DNA from: Leptospiraceae bacterium
GTDB lineage: Bacteria; Spirochaetota; Leptospiria; Leptospirales; Leptonemataceae
DNA length: 64,000 bases
Assembly: GCA_040217195.1 (NCBI GenBank)
Contig: JAVJNR010000008.1
Coordinates: 512,001 to 576,000, forward strand
Direction: 5' to 3'
A model generated the notes under the pieces. It was not told the origin of the DNA and did no database searches. It saw only the letters and a list, made by a program, of their open reading frames with translations. Made by a program: the position numbers and the translations under genes. Positions 48,906-59,144 of this stretch are shown here, piece after piece (within the stretch, counting starts at the first letter, position 1; each line of letters begins with the position of its first letter).

Positions 48906-49577
48906 ATGGAAAAGGATCCAAGACAGATTATTTCAGAGATGTGCCAGAATTTCTATCGCCAGGGATGGGTTTCCGGCACAGGTGGAGGGATTTCCATTCG
49001 CCGGGATGACAGGGTCTACATGGCTCCCAGCGGAGTAGAGAAGGAAAAGATACGTCCGGAAGATTGCTTTGTTGTAAATCTACAGGGCGAAGTTCTGGAA
49101 ACGCCAGCCAACAATACCCTGAAGCTCACTGAATGCGCTCCTCTATTTCTTTCTGCATTTGAACTGCGAGATGCCGGCGCCGTCTTGCATTCCCATTCCT
49201 CCAATGTTGTTTTAATGACTATGCTGGCCAGACGCCTGGACGAAGAATTGTCTGTGCTGGAATTCACTCAATTGGAGATGATCAAAGGCATTATTGGGCA
49301 CGGATACTTTGATACATTTGAGTTACCTGTAGTGGACAATACAGCTCATGAATGCGACCTGACCGCATCTATGCGAAAGGCCATAGAGCGTTTTCCAGAT
49401 AGTCCAGCTGTGGCCGTACGCAATCACGGAATCTATGTTTGGGGACCCAATGAAGTAAAAGCAAAGACCCAGGCAGAATGCATCGATTTCATCTGCGAGG
49501 TTTACTGGAAGATGCGCTCCGCTGGAATAGAATCTCATATCTCAGCGCCTCCTCAAACAGCTGCGCTACAGTCATGA
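48906..49577 (+). CDS. mtnB: methylthioribulose-1-phosphate dehydratase (class II aldolase fold)
   Basis: GWVSGTGGGISIR, APSGVEKE, AGAVLHSHS, EMIKGI, VRNHGIYVWG. Confidence 0.93.
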   Translation: MEKDPRQIISEMCQNFYRQGWVSGTGGGISIRRDDRVYMAPSGVEKEKIRPEDCFVVNLQGEVLETPANNTLKLTECAPLFLSAFELRDAGAVLHSHSSNVVLMTMLARRLDEELSVLEFTQLEMIKGIIGHGYFDTFELPVVDNTAHECDLTASMRKAIERFPDSPAVAVRNHGIYVWGPNEVKAKTQAECIDFICEVYWKMRSAGIESHISAPPQTAALQS

Positions 49578-49617
49578 TCTACCGACATCGCCAGGCCCCC
49601 CTCTGGAACCTACTATA

Positions 49618-50115
49618 GTGTCAGTCAAAGAACCTGATTTTGTATTGGACATATTCCTCCGTCCGGGGGAGTTTTTCTGGGGCGATGCTACCACCAGGAT
49701 TCGCACTATCCTGGGAAGCTGCGTGGCTATCTGTCTATGGCATCCGGAACTCTGCGTCGGAGGTATGAGCCACTCCATACTTCCCCGCCGAAAAACCCCG
49801 GAGCTACCGGAAAAAGGCCAGGAAGCTCGCTATGTTGACGATGCTATTGACCTATTCTTGAGAAACATCAGGAAATCCGGTACAAATCCGTCCGAATTTC
49901 AGGTGAAGGTATTCGGAGGAGGAAGCTTCTTCGCCGGTGGAGAAAATGACCGTTCCGTTGGGTCCATGAACGTGGCTATTACCCGGGAACTACTTCAGGA
50001 TCATGGATTTCGAATTCACAAAGAACACCTGGGCGGAATGGAAGGCCGCAATGTATTGTTTCATCTATGGAATGGAGAGGTCTGGATGAAGCGCATTGCC
50101 ATAACAAATCGATGA
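49618..50115 (+). CDS. cheD: chemoreceptor glutamine deamidase
   Basis: TILGSCVAICLW, GGMSHSILP, KVFGGG, GSMNV. Confidence 0.93.
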   Translation: MSVKEPDFVLDIFLRPGEFFWGDATTRIRTILGSCVAICLWHPELCVGGMSHSILPRRKTPELPEKGQEARYVDDAIDLFLRNIRKSGTNPSEFQVKVFGGGSFFAGGENDRSVGSMNVAITRELLQDHGFRIHKEHLGGMEGRNVLFHLWNGEVWMKRIAITNR

Positions 50116-51200
50116 TCAATGTAGCCATAGTAGATGATTCAGCGGTTGTCCAGGAGACATTCAAGCTGCTCCTGAGCCAGGACCCGGATATCCATGTATT
50201 GCATACTGCAGCAGATCCTATTTTTGCGCTGCATAAGTTTAAAAAGCAATGGCCGGATGTAATTATCACAGACATCGAAATGCCACGCATGGATGGCATA
50301 GCTTTTATTCGAGAAATTAAAAAAACTCACGATACTCCCATCATCATCTGTTCCTCGGTTACCGGTGAACTTCCCCGGAGCACCATCGCAGCTCTGGAAG
50401 CCGGAGCCATCGAAATCATCCCCAAACCTCAGCTTGCAGTAAAACAGTTCCTCCAGGATATTGAGCACAAGGTAATTCATTTAATCAAGGCCGCCGCCGC
50501 ATCCCATCCTTCGGCCCCTCCTCCTGCTCGCGAAAGCTCAGGCACCGGGACGGTACATACCATTTCCAGGTCAGTCCCTTCATCCACTTCCAACTTTGAA
50601 CAATTACTGGACGATCCCAGAAGTAAGATGCCCTGCCGGATGGTGGCCATCGGAGCGAGCACAGGTGGTGTTCAGGCTCTTGAAAGCATTATCACAGCGC
50701 TCAGGCCTCCATTGCCACCCATAGTCATTGTTCAGCATATGCCGGAAAAATTCACAGAAGCTTTTGCCCAGAGACTGGACCATATTTCCACCGTACATGT
50801 TCGGGAGGCCAGGGATGGAGAGAATCTGAAAAATAGCACGGTGTACATCGCTCCGGGCAACTATCATCTGGAGGTGCGCCCGGATGCGGCTGGATTTGCC
50901 TGCAAGGTATCCCAGGGGGATCCAGTGAACCGTCACAGACCGTCGGTCGATGTTCTATTTCACTCCGTGGCCCAGCACGTGGGAAAGCTAAGCGCTGGAA
51001 TACTGCTCACCGGGATGGGCGCTGACGGAGCCCAGGGACTACTTGAAATGAGACAGGCAGGGGCCAGAACCTGTTGCCAGGATGAAGCCAGTTCTGTAGT
51101 ATTTGGAATGCCGTACGAAGGTATTCGCATTGGGGCTGCGCAGACAGTTATTTCGCTGGACAGAATGCCCCAGTACATTGCCTCCCTTGTACACAGGTAA
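50112..51200 (+). CDS. cheB: chemotaxis response regulator protein-glutamate methylesterase
   Basis: Receiver VDDS...DIEMP; catalytic GASTGG, QHMP, GMGADG; ATGA overlap with cheD. Confidence 0.96.
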   Translation: MINVAIVDDSAVVQETFKLLLSQDPDIHVLHTAADPIFALHKFKKQWPDVIITDIEMPRMDGIAFIREIKKTHDTPIIICSSVTGELPRSTIAALEAGAIEIIPKPQLAVKQFLQDIEHKVIHLIKAAAASHPSAPPPARESSGTGTVHTISRSVPSSTSNFEQLLDDPRSKMPCRMVAIGASTGGVQALESIITALRPPLPPIVIVQHMPEKFTEAFAQRLDHISTVHVREARDGENLKNSTVYIAPGNYHLEVRPDAAGFACKVSQGDPVNRHRPSVDVLFHSVAQHVGKLSAGILLTGMGADGAQGLLEMRQAGARTCCQDEASSVVFGMPYEGIRIGAAQTVISLDRMPQYIASLVHR

Positions 51201-51389
51201 TACCCTACCCCCCGTTCCCTGACCGGTTCCTGTATATATTTGACTTTACTTAATACATATTAATTGGTAGCGGCCAGATTTTGCTTGCAAAATGAATTCA
51301 CCTGCCGCTAAATCAGTTGAGATTTTCGTCAGATAGAATGAGATTAGTCCCCCTGCACTGGCATATAGAGTTTTCAAAAAGGAAATATT

Positions 51390-51770
51390 ATGAGTAAAAA
51401 GATACTGATCATAGACGACTCTCAATCCATGCGTAGCTTCACCCGCATGGCCCTGGAGGGAGCCGGTTATGCCGTTGAAGAGGCTGTGGATGGCCAGGAT
51501 GCCCTGGATAAACTGGAAAAGGAGAAGTTCGATACAATCCTTTCCGACCTAAACATGCCGAACGTTAACGGAATTCAGATGATTGAAAAAATCCGCGATG
51601 ACGATCGCTATGAAAGCGCCCGCTTCACACCGATAATCATGCTAACCACCGAATCAGAGGAAGAGAAGAAGCAACAGGGGCAAATGGCCGGGGCTCGTGC
51701 ATGGCTGGTAAAGCCTTTTGCGCCGAGCCAGCTGGTCGCCGTAATGCAGAAAATTTGTCCCCTGGACTGA
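51390..51770 (+). CDS. cheY: single-domain response regulator CheY
   Basis: IDDS, DLNMP, LTTES, KPF; first gene of the che cluster. Confidence 0.93.
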   Translation: MSKKILIIDDSQSMRSFTRMALEGAGYAVEEAVDGQDALDKLEKEKFDTILSDLNMPNVNGIQMIEKIRDDDRYESARFTPIIMLTTESEEEKKQQGQMAGARAWLVKPFAPSQLVAVMQKICPLD

Positions 51771-51777
51771 GGCATAC

Positions 51778-52143
51778 ATGCTGCAGATTGAGCAAGAAAG
51801 TAATCAGGGAGTCATCCTTAAAGCCTCCGGTTCCTGGACCATCGATCAGGTGGCCGGAATCTGGAAGTTACTGACCCCTCATCTTCATGGTAACGTGGCT
51901 ATCAATGCTGAAGGCGTTGAGCGGATGGATTCTGCCGGACTACAAATACTACTTATGGCCAAAAAGAATGCAAACGATGCCGGCAATGTATTCAAGATTC
52001 TGAATCACTCGATTGCTGTTCTTAAGATTATGGATCTATCGGGAGTTCTGGGCTCTCTTCGAGACCAGATTCGGATTTCCGCTTCCGAGAAAGAGGCCCT
52101 GAAGCTAACTTATAGTCGAAAGCGATATAGCCTCTACGAGTAG
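51778..52143 (+). CDS. STAS domain protein
   Basis: GVERMDSAGLQILL; between cheY and cheA. Confidence 0.88.
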   Translation: MLQIEQESNQGVILKASGSWTIDQVAGIWKLLTPHLHGNVAINAEGVERMDSAGLQILLMAKKNANDAGNVFKILNHSIAVLKIMDLSGVLGSLRDQIRISASEKEALKLTYSRKRYSLYE

Positions 52144-52146
52144 ATT

Positions 52147-54339
52147 ATGGATCTCAGCGAAATCCAGAAAGCCTTTGTAATTGAGATTCGAGATCTACTG
52201 GATCGCGTGGAGGACAGTCTATTTCAGCTGGAGCAACAGACCACTCCCGGCGAGCTGGATGCACTCTTTCGTGCTCTCCATACAATTAAAGGAAACTCTG
52301 GAATCTTTCAGGCCAGGCATCTAGAGTCTTTTGCACACACAGTAGAAAGCCTGCTCGATAAATACAGAAGCGACCCATCACTATTCAATCCATCCGACGT
52401 ACCTTTACTACTTTCCTGTAGAGATCATATTGAATCTCTATCCACTGCAGAACTGGCTGAAGGGGCCACCGGTCAGATCCCGGACGAAGTGTTCCAACAG
52501 GACAAAGAACTCAAGAGTCAGATTTCGCTTCGCCTGGAGGAGCTTTCCGGTCCACAGGACAATACGGAGAGTATGACATCGGAAGAACAGGCCGAATTCG
52601 GTGTCTCTATCGGACCACCATTAAATCATCTTTCTGGAAGCTATCATATTTCCTTCCGACCTCCCGGGGATGCTATGAAGGCAGGCCTGGACCCTTTAAA
52701 CTTCGTTCGATTTCTAAGAAACCTGGGTCAGATTCAATGCGTATTTACTGTACTGGATGGGTTGCCAACCTACAGCGACCTTGATCCGCAAATGGCATAC
52801 CTGGGATTCGAGATCTTACTGGAAAGCGAAGAGCCCCCGGCTGCCATAGAGGATGCCTTTGAGTTTATCAAGCAAAACGGAATTCTACGAATCCATACGT
52901 CCGAAAGCACTGCTGCAGATTATAGACAGACTATAGAGACACTTCCAGAATCAGAAGAAAGGCTGATCAAAATCTGGAAGGAGATGCCTTTTGCATTGCC
53001 TCTGGAAAAACTTCAGGCAGGTTCCCAGGCCGCGCCTGGACCGGCCCAGGCCCCGGTAGAGCCAAAGATACAGTCTCAGACCGAAGTACCATCCTCGGCG
53101 AATACCGCCAGGCCAGCCTCTTCGGCCCCCGGTTCTAACTCTATAAACTCTACATCCGCTCAGGAAGCATCGCAGACCACGTCTGCCAGTGCCCACTCCA
53201 CATTGCGTGTAGATGCCTCGCGTCTTGATGCATTGATCAACCTGGTGGGGGAGCTGGTCATTCAGTCCCAGAGCTTGAAACAAATATCCCGTGTATCCAA
53301 GGATGCTTCCCTGGGGGCATCAACCGACACTATGGAAAGGCTTATAGAGGATCTGCGCCAGCAGAGTATGAGTCTTAGAATGATAGAGATTGGTACTGTA
53401 TTCCAGAAAATGCGTCGGGTAGTACACGATGCATCCATCGATCTAAAGAAAAAGATTCAGCTAAAATTGCAGGGCGAAGAGACGGAGCTGGATCGCGGAG
53501 TGATTGAACGAATACAGGATCCTCTGATACACCTGGTAAGAAACTCCATCGACCATGGCCTGGAAACTCCTGAAGAAAGAACCCAGGCTGGAAAATCTGA
53601 GACAGGAACCATTGAGCTGCGAGCCTTTCAGGACATGGGCCATGTTGTGGTAGAAATCGAAGACGATGGACAGGGAGTGAGCACTGATGCAGTTAAGAGA
53701 AGAGCCATCGAAAAAGGGATCATGACCCAGGACCAGGAAGTGGATCCAGAGGCACTTCATCAATGGATTTTCCATCCTGGATTTTCCACCAAAGAAACAG
53801 TGAATCAGTATTCTGGTCGCGGCGTGGGCCTGGATGTTGTGAAGCAGGATATTGAAGCCCTGGGCGGTTCAGTTCAATTGAGAAGCGTTGAGGGTCAGGG
53901 AACAAGAATTACATTAAGACTGCCCCTTACCCTGGCCATCATTGATGGATTCCTGATTCGGGCGGCTGGTGTACACTTCGTAGTTCCTCTGGATATGGTA
54001 TTTGAATGTACGGAGCTTTCGGCACATAAACGAACCGGAAATGCAGGCAATTATATAAATCTACGGGGCGATGTGGTTCCCTGTGTAAATCTTCCAGAAG
54101 CGTTTCAGATGCAATCGCCGGGAGCAAATGATCTGATTGTACTCCAGCAGGGAGACAATCGAGTGGGCCTGGTGGTGGATGAGCTTCTGGGAGAATACCA
54201 GACAGTGGTAAGAAAAGGCGGCAAGGTTCTCAGTAACCTTCCTGGAGTGAGCGGCGTTACGATCCTTGGAACAGGGCAGATTGCCTATATCCTGGATGTG
54301 AGCTCATTTTTCGGGGATAGAGAAGCCAGAGCCAGTTAA
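52147..54339 (+). CDS. cheA: chemotaxis histidine kinase
   Basis: Hpt FRALHTIKG, LINLVGELVI, HLVRNSIDHG, EDDGQG, GFST, GRGVGLDVV, CheW-like C-terminus. Confidence 0.97.
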   Translation: MDLSEIQKAFVIEIRDLLDRVEDSLFQLEQQTTPGELDALFRALHTIKGNSGIFQARHLESFAHTVESLLDKYRSDPSLFNPSDVPLLLSCRDHIESLSTAELAEGATGQIPDEVFQQDKELKSQISLRLEELSGPQDNTESMTSEEQAEFGVSIGPPLNHLSGSYHISFRPPGDAMKAGLDPLNFVRFLRNLGQIQCVFTVLDGLPTYSDLDPQMAYLGFEILLESEEPPAAIEDAFEFIKQNGILRIHTSESTAADYRQTIETLPESEERLIKIWKEMPFALPLEKLQAGSQAAPGPAQAPVEPKIQSQTEVPSSANTARPASSAPGSNSINSTSAQEASQTTSASAHSTLRVDASRLDALINLVGELVIQSQSLKQISRVSKDASLGASTDTMERLIEDLRQQSMSLRMIEIGTVFQKMRRVVHDASIDLKKKIQLKLQGEETELDRGVIERIQDPLIHLVRNSIDHGLETPEERTQAGKSETGTIELRAFQDMGHVVVEIEDDGQGVSTDAVKRRAIEKGIMTQDQEVDPEALHQWIFHPGFSTKETVNQYSGRGVGLDVVKQDIEALGGSVQLRSVEGQGTRITLRLPLTLAIIDGFLIRAAGVHFVVPLDMVFECTELSAHKRTGNAGNYINLRGDVVPCVNLPEAFQMQSPGANDLIVLQQGDNRVGLVVDELLGEYQTVVRKGGKVLSNLPGVSGVTILGTGQIAYILDVSSFFGDREARAS

Positions 54340-54437
54340 TGCGCCGTACGGATATTGTACCATCCGGCGGCCAGATTAGTGGAATGATCATATTTCGGAT
54401 ACCGGGTCAGAATTAATCCTGGATTTCCGATTGGAGA

Positions 54438-56111
54438 ATGAAAATGTTAAAGAATCTATCGGTGAAAGCAAAACTTGGAGTGCTGTTAACGTTACTGAGC
54501 ACACTATTATTGGTCATCGGCTCACTGGGGCTGTATGGAATGAACGACGTAGTGACCAGTCTTCGCAGTGTCTACAATGATCGTACAATACCCCTCGAAA
54601 AACTGGCAAAAATTCGCGCCCTTCTACTATTAAACCGAGTTGCCATTACTGCAGCCGTAACATCGGAAGACGAAGCCTTCATTAGAGAAGAAATCGCACA
54701 GGTGGAAAGCAACCTGAAGGCCATCGATGAGGAATGGTCTGAATACATGCGAACCAACCATACCGATGAAGAAGACCGACTGGCCCAGAAGTGGGAGACG
54801 GACTATGCGAAGCTTCGAGATGATGGTATGGAAGTAGCAATAGCCCAGTTAAAGACGGGAAACCAGGAAGGAGCCAACAATACAATCGCCACCAGGATCA
54901 GGCCACTCTATGAACCTGTGGGCAAAGATATGGATGATCTGGTGGAGCTTCAAGACCGGTTAGCAGCCGAATTATTCCATGCAGGTGAGGCCGAGTACAA
55001 TGTAATTTTGATTATCACCGTAAGCGCAATCGTGATTGGCGTGTTGTTCGCCATTATTCTGGGAGCTCTGATTATTCGAAGTATTACCAATCCGTTGGCC
55101 AGAGCAGTGGACCTGGCCAATCGCCTGGCCGAGGGAGATCTCACTCATCAAGTAACCGTAGATTCTAAAGATGAAATCGGTAATCTGATGGAAGCTCTGC
55201 GCAACATGGTGATCAAGCTATCTGCTATTATTTCAGAAGTTCGCCAGAATGCAGGAATCTTGAATCAGGTTTCGCAGCAGGTAAACTCCTCGGCTCAGTC
55301 CATGAGCCAGAATTCCTCCGAACTTGCAGCCAACGTAGAAGAAAGCTCCTCCACGATGGAAGAGATGGTATCTAGCATAGTACAGAATACCGAGAATGCA
55401 GGACTTACGGAAAAGATTGCGCAGGAATCCGCCGGTGCAGCCAAAGAAGGTAGCGCCGCCGTGCGACGAACCATCGATGCAATGCAACAGATCGCAGACA
55501 AGATTAACGTAGTACAGGAAATCGCCTACCAGACCAACCTGCTGGCACTGAATGCAGCCATTGAAGCAGCCCGAGCCGGCGAGCATGGCCAGGGATTTGC
55601 AGTTGTGGCCACTGAAGTGCGAAAGCTGGCCGAACGAAGTAGAGGATCGGCTCAGGAAATCAGCGAAATCGCAGCCAATTCAGTCGATGTGGCAGCAAAA
55701 GCAGGAACTTTGATCGAAGATATGCAACCAAGCATCCAGAAAACGGCGGATCTAGTCGTTGAAATCTCTGCATCATCGCGACAGCAGAAAGATGGTGCAG
55801 AACAGATCAATACAGGAATTCAACAGATGAGCCAGGTATCTCAGCAAAGTGCCTCCTCGGCTGAAGAACTGGCAGCCACTGCCGAAGAATTGTCCGGTCA
55901 GGCTGATTCTTTACTTGATAACCTGTCTTTCTTTAAAGTAGATGAAAGCAAGTCCGGCCAGAAGAAGCGTGGTGGCTATCAATCGGCCTCTACTGGCCTG
56001 GGAGCCGCCCAACCGACAAATGGCCGATCCAACGAACCTGCGAGAGCGGCGCAGCCCAGAAAACAGGATTCGGAAAGCTCTGGCAATCAGGCTGATTTTG
56101 AGAAATTCTAA
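54438..56111 (+). CDS. methyl-accepting chemotaxis protein (4HB sensor, HAMP) with C-terminal pentapeptide DFEKF
   Basis: Two TMs, HAMP (PLARAV...DEIGNL), [35 protein letters not shown]. Confidence 0.96.
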   Translation: MKMLKNLSVKAKLGVLLTLLSTLLLVIGSLGLYGMNDVVTSLRSVYNDRTIPLEKLAKIRALLLLNRVAITAAVTSEDEAFIREEIAQVESNLKAIDEEWSEYMRTNHTDEEDRLAQKWETDYAKLRDDGMEVAIAQLKTGNQEGANNTIATRIRPLYEPVGKDMDDLVELQDRLAAELFHAGEAEYNVILIITVSAIVIGVLFAIILGALIIRSITNPLARAVDLANRLAEGDLTHQVTVDSKDEIGNLMEALRNMVIKLSAIISEVRQNAGILNQVSQQVNSSAQSMSQNSSELAANVEESSSTMEEMVSSIVQNTENAGLTEKIAQESAGAAKEGSAAVRRTIDAMQQIADKINVVQEIAYQTNLLALNAAIEAARAGEHGQGFAVVATEVRKLAERSRGSAQEISEIAANSVDVAAKAGTLIEDMQPSIQKTADLVVEISASSRQQKDGAEQINTGIQQMSQVSQQSASSAEELAATAEELSGQADSLLDNLSFFKVDESKSGQKKRGGYQSASTGLGAAQPTNGRSNEPARAAQPRKQDSESSGNQADFEKF

Positions 56112-56114
56112 ACC

Positions 56115-56690
56115 ATGGCTGAAGATAGACAAATACTTTCGTTTAATTGTGGAGACCAGGTCTTTGGCCTGGAAATCTCATTCCTTCGAGAGATCATCGA
56201 AAACCAGACTTTGACTCAGATACCTCTGATGCCCGAGCATATTCGAGGTGTCTTAAATCTACGTGGTAACGTGGTGCCCGTTATCGATCTGAAGGCCAGA
56301 TTGTGGGGCATGACCACCAGGGTAAGCAAGCTCAGTTGCATTCTGGTTGTGGAATTTCATGGAAAGGCTACGGAAACCCTGGGCCTTCTTGTGGATTCAG
56401 TCAATGAGGTGATCCGCGTACCCGCGGAGAATGTGGAGCATACTCCTGAGCTGGGGGCACGCATCCGAACTGACTTTATGGACGGAATTGCGAAGGTAAA
56501 CGATGAATTCATCATCCTGCTTAGAGCGGACATGGTTCTGAATCTGGATGAGCTGGCTCAAGTTCATGAAACACTGAAACTAACAGGCAAAGATCTCACC
56601 GAGGAACTTCCCCCATTGGACGATACACTACCGGAAACTGAATCCGCTGGTTCTAAAACAGATCGTCCGGCCTCCTCTCAGTCCACGTAA
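56115..56690 (+). CDS. cheW: chemotaxis adaptor CheW
   Basis: GVLNLRGNVVPVIDL, GLLVDSVNEV. Confidence 0.95.
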   Translation: MAEDRQILSFNCGDQVFGLEISFLREIIENQTLTQIPLMPEHIRGVLNLRGNVVPVIDLKARLWGMTTRVSKLSCILVVEFHGKATETLGLLVDSVNEVIRVPAENVEHTPELGARIRTDFMDGIAKVNDEFIILLRADMVLNLDELAQVHETLKLTGKDLTEELPPLDDTLPETESAGSKTDRPASSQST

Positions 56691-56705
56691 GCTTATCCTG
56701 CCTGT

Positions 56706-56731
56706 GTCAGCGGAGTATCCGGTGGCTTTTT
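56706..56731 (+). terminator. possible intrinsic terminator after cheW
   Basis: Imperfect stem gtcagcgga-gta-tccggtggc followed by ttttt. Confidence 0.4.
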
Positions 56732-56880
56732 ACTCGACCTATTGGCACAGGCCAATACATTGTCCCCGTTCCACGGTATAGAAATTTCAATTCAGGGACC
56801 GACCGCTCCCGCACTCACAGCCATCTGGCCGGACCCAACAATGTACCGCAGTGGAGCCCAGTTCAAACCAGGAAGGCACA

Positions 56881-58635
56881 ATGATTCAGGGATTCAGAAA
56901 ATCGATCTATCTAAGTATGACTCTGGGGCTGCTTTTCAGCACCGCACTGATGGCTGAAGAGGAAGCTCTGAAGCGTCTGGAGCCCATTCGCACAGATAGC
57001 CCCCGGGAAACCATGCAATCATTCATGGAGGCCATGAATGATTATAGGACAGGCAAAGACCAGGGGATCGCTGAAAAGGAAGCCCGAATTCAAGATGCAC
57101 TTCGAACCCTGGACCTATCTGAAATTCCAGCTGTAACCAGAGAAGAAAAAGGACGGGAGGCGGCCATGCTTCTCAAGGAGGTAATGGACCGGGTCATTGT
57201 TATAGATTATCAGAGAATCCCTGCAGAAACGGATGAGGAACCTCTGCCCACTCGTTGGAGACTGGCAGGCACCGAAATAATAATTGTTGAGCAGAAGGAT
57301 GGCGAACGTGCCGGCGAATATTTGTTTAGCTCCAATACCATCCAGCGAAGTCGGGAATTCTATGAAAAAGTGAGGGACCTGCCCTATCTGGAAGGATCCG
57401 GTGGTGGGGCCGCTTACAAGGATCCCTGGATGGACCAGTACATACCCTCCTGGGCGCAGAAGAAGGTTCTGGGTCTGCTTACCTGGCAATGGATGGGACT
57501 GGCCATCGTAATTCTAATAGGTTTAATCATTCGCACGATCGTTAAATTCTCCGTGGGCAAACTTGTTATCCTTGTTTCCAAGAGTGAAACCAAGTGGGAT
57601 GATAAACTAATCGATGCGCTTCGGGGCCCCACGGGCTTCGCAGTGGCTACCTTGTTCTGGTATTTTTCATTGAAGTACCTGAGGTTCGACGGAGGCGTAC
57701 TTACTTTCTTTAACGTAATCATCCAGATGCTTTTTAGTGTTAACTTCATCTGGCTGGCCTATCGCCTCACTGGTGTGGCTACAGAGTACATGACTGCAAT
57801 TGCATCCAAGACCGAGTCCACACTGGATGATCAGCTTGTCCCCCTTCTTTCGAGAACTCTTAAGATCTTTGTTGTTGTTTTTGGAGTGCTGGTCACGATT
57901 CAGAATCTAGGAATAAATGTAATGTCGGTTCTGGCCGGTCTGGGTATTGGAGGTCTGGCCTTTGCTCTGGCTGCCAAGGATGCTGTGGCTAACTTCTTTG
58001 GATCACTGATGATTCTATTCGACAAACCGTTTCAGGCCGGAGAATGGATCAAGGTGGGTGAAGCAGAAGGTACGGTTGAAGAGATTGGATTTCGCTCCAC
58101 CAGGATTCGGACTTTCTATAATTCATTGATCTCTATTCCGAACGCGGAGTTGATGAATGCTAAAATCGATAATATGGGTAGAAGGGAGTATCGCCGACTG
58201 CTTCTGAAGCTGGGAGTCACATACGATACAGGTCCGGATAAACTGGAAGGATTTCTGGAAGGCATTAAAAATATTATCAAAGCCAACCCCCATACAAGAA
58301 AGGATTACTATCATGTTGTGTTTCATGAATACGGACCGGATAGCCTTGTTATCATGGTCTATGTATTCTTCAAGGTTCCGGACTGGTCAACAGAGCTTGT
58401 GGAGCGCCAGAACCTGATGCTGGAGATCTACCGCCTGGCGCAGTCCATGGGAGTGGAGTTTGCTTTTCCTACTCAGACATTGCATGTGGAGACATTTCCA
58501 GAAAAGAAGGCTTACCGAGTCTCCCAGGAAAAAGCCGTGGAAGACATAAAGAAGATTGCTGCCGAGTACGGACCCAACGGCCCTCAGGCCAGACCAGCCG
58601 GCCAGGGAATCTTCGTCCCTCCCCATACAGAATAA
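56881..58635 (+). CDS. MscS family mechanosensitive channel with periplasmic N-terminal domain
   Basis: DSPRETM, AGLGIGGLAFALAAKD, DKPFQAGEWI, GTVEEIGFRSTRIRT, FAFPTQTL. Confidence 0.94.
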   Translation: MIQGFRKSIYLSMTLGLLFSTALMAEEEALKRLEPIRTDSPRETMQSFMEAMNDYRTGKDQGIAEKEARIQDALRTLDLSEIPAVTREEKGREAAMLLKEVMDRVIVIDYQRIPAETDEEPLPTRWRLAGTEIIIVEQKDGERAGEYLFSSNTIQRSREFYEKVRDLPYLEGSGGGAAYKDPWMDQYIPSWAQKKVLGLLTWQWMGLAIVILIGLIIRTIVKFSVGKLVILVSKSETKWDDKLIDALRGPTGFAVATLFWYFSLKYLRFDGGVLTFFNVIIQMLFSVNFIWLAYRLTGVATEYMTAIASKTESTLDDQLVPLLSRTLKIFVVVFGVLVTIQNLGINVMSVLAGLGIGGLAFALAAKDAVANFFGSLMILFDKPFQAGEWIKVGEAEGTVEEIGFRSTRIRTFYNSLISIPNAELMNAKIDNMGRREYRRLLLKLGVTYDTGPDKLEGFLEGIKNIIKANPHTRKDYYHVVFHEYGPDSLVIMVYVFFKVPDWSTELVERQNLMLEIYRLAQSMGVEFAFPTQTLHVETFPEKKAYRVSQEKAVEDIKKIAAEYGPNGPQARPAGQGIFVPPHTE

Positions 58636-58636
58636 T

Positions 58637-58858
58637 ATGCGCTCCCTCCGTGTAACAGTGAAGCCCAACTGCAAGACCGTGGGAGTGGAGAAGACCTCGG
58701 AGGACCACTGGGTTGTGCGGGTTCGCGAGCCGGCCACGGAGGGAAAAGCAAATCGCGCAGTCATACTTGCAGTGGCCCGGGAGCTGGAAGTCCCTCCCTC
58801 CGCGGTGACCATCCATAGAGGTGAAAAGGGAAAGGAAAAGCAGCTAAGAATCATTTAG
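58637..58858 (+). CDS. DUF167 (YggU/UPF0235) family protein
   Basis: VTVKPN, EPATEGKANRAV, GEKGKEK. Confidence 0.88.
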   Translation: MRSLRVTVKPNCKTVGVEKTSEDHWVVRVREPATEGKANRAVILAVARELEVPPSAVTIHRGEKGKEKQLRII

Positions 58859-59144
58859 CTAGCCCGGGCCACTAACAACGCCTCGGGCTTCGAGCCACTA
58901 ACTCCATTTTGCCTCGGATGATGGCCAGGTCTATTCCGCTCACTGTTCTGGCCCCGGTGCCCGTCCATTGGCTGCATTGCGTTTTTGGGATAATTCGGAG
59001 CGACTTTCGAAAGTTATTTCTCTGCCGGCATTGACTTTCTTAAGAAGTGCAATGCCTGTCCTGAATATCCATATCTGCTTTCAAATCTAAAACAATTGAC
59101 AGTACAGCGGTTCCTTCGCTTCCTCTTAGAAGCAGGAGAACTAA

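Noticed and set aside
51201..51389. sigma28 or sigma54 promoter before cheY
   Set aside because: Candidate boxes have wrong spacing or poor match (GG to GC gap of 9 nt; no GCCGATAA)
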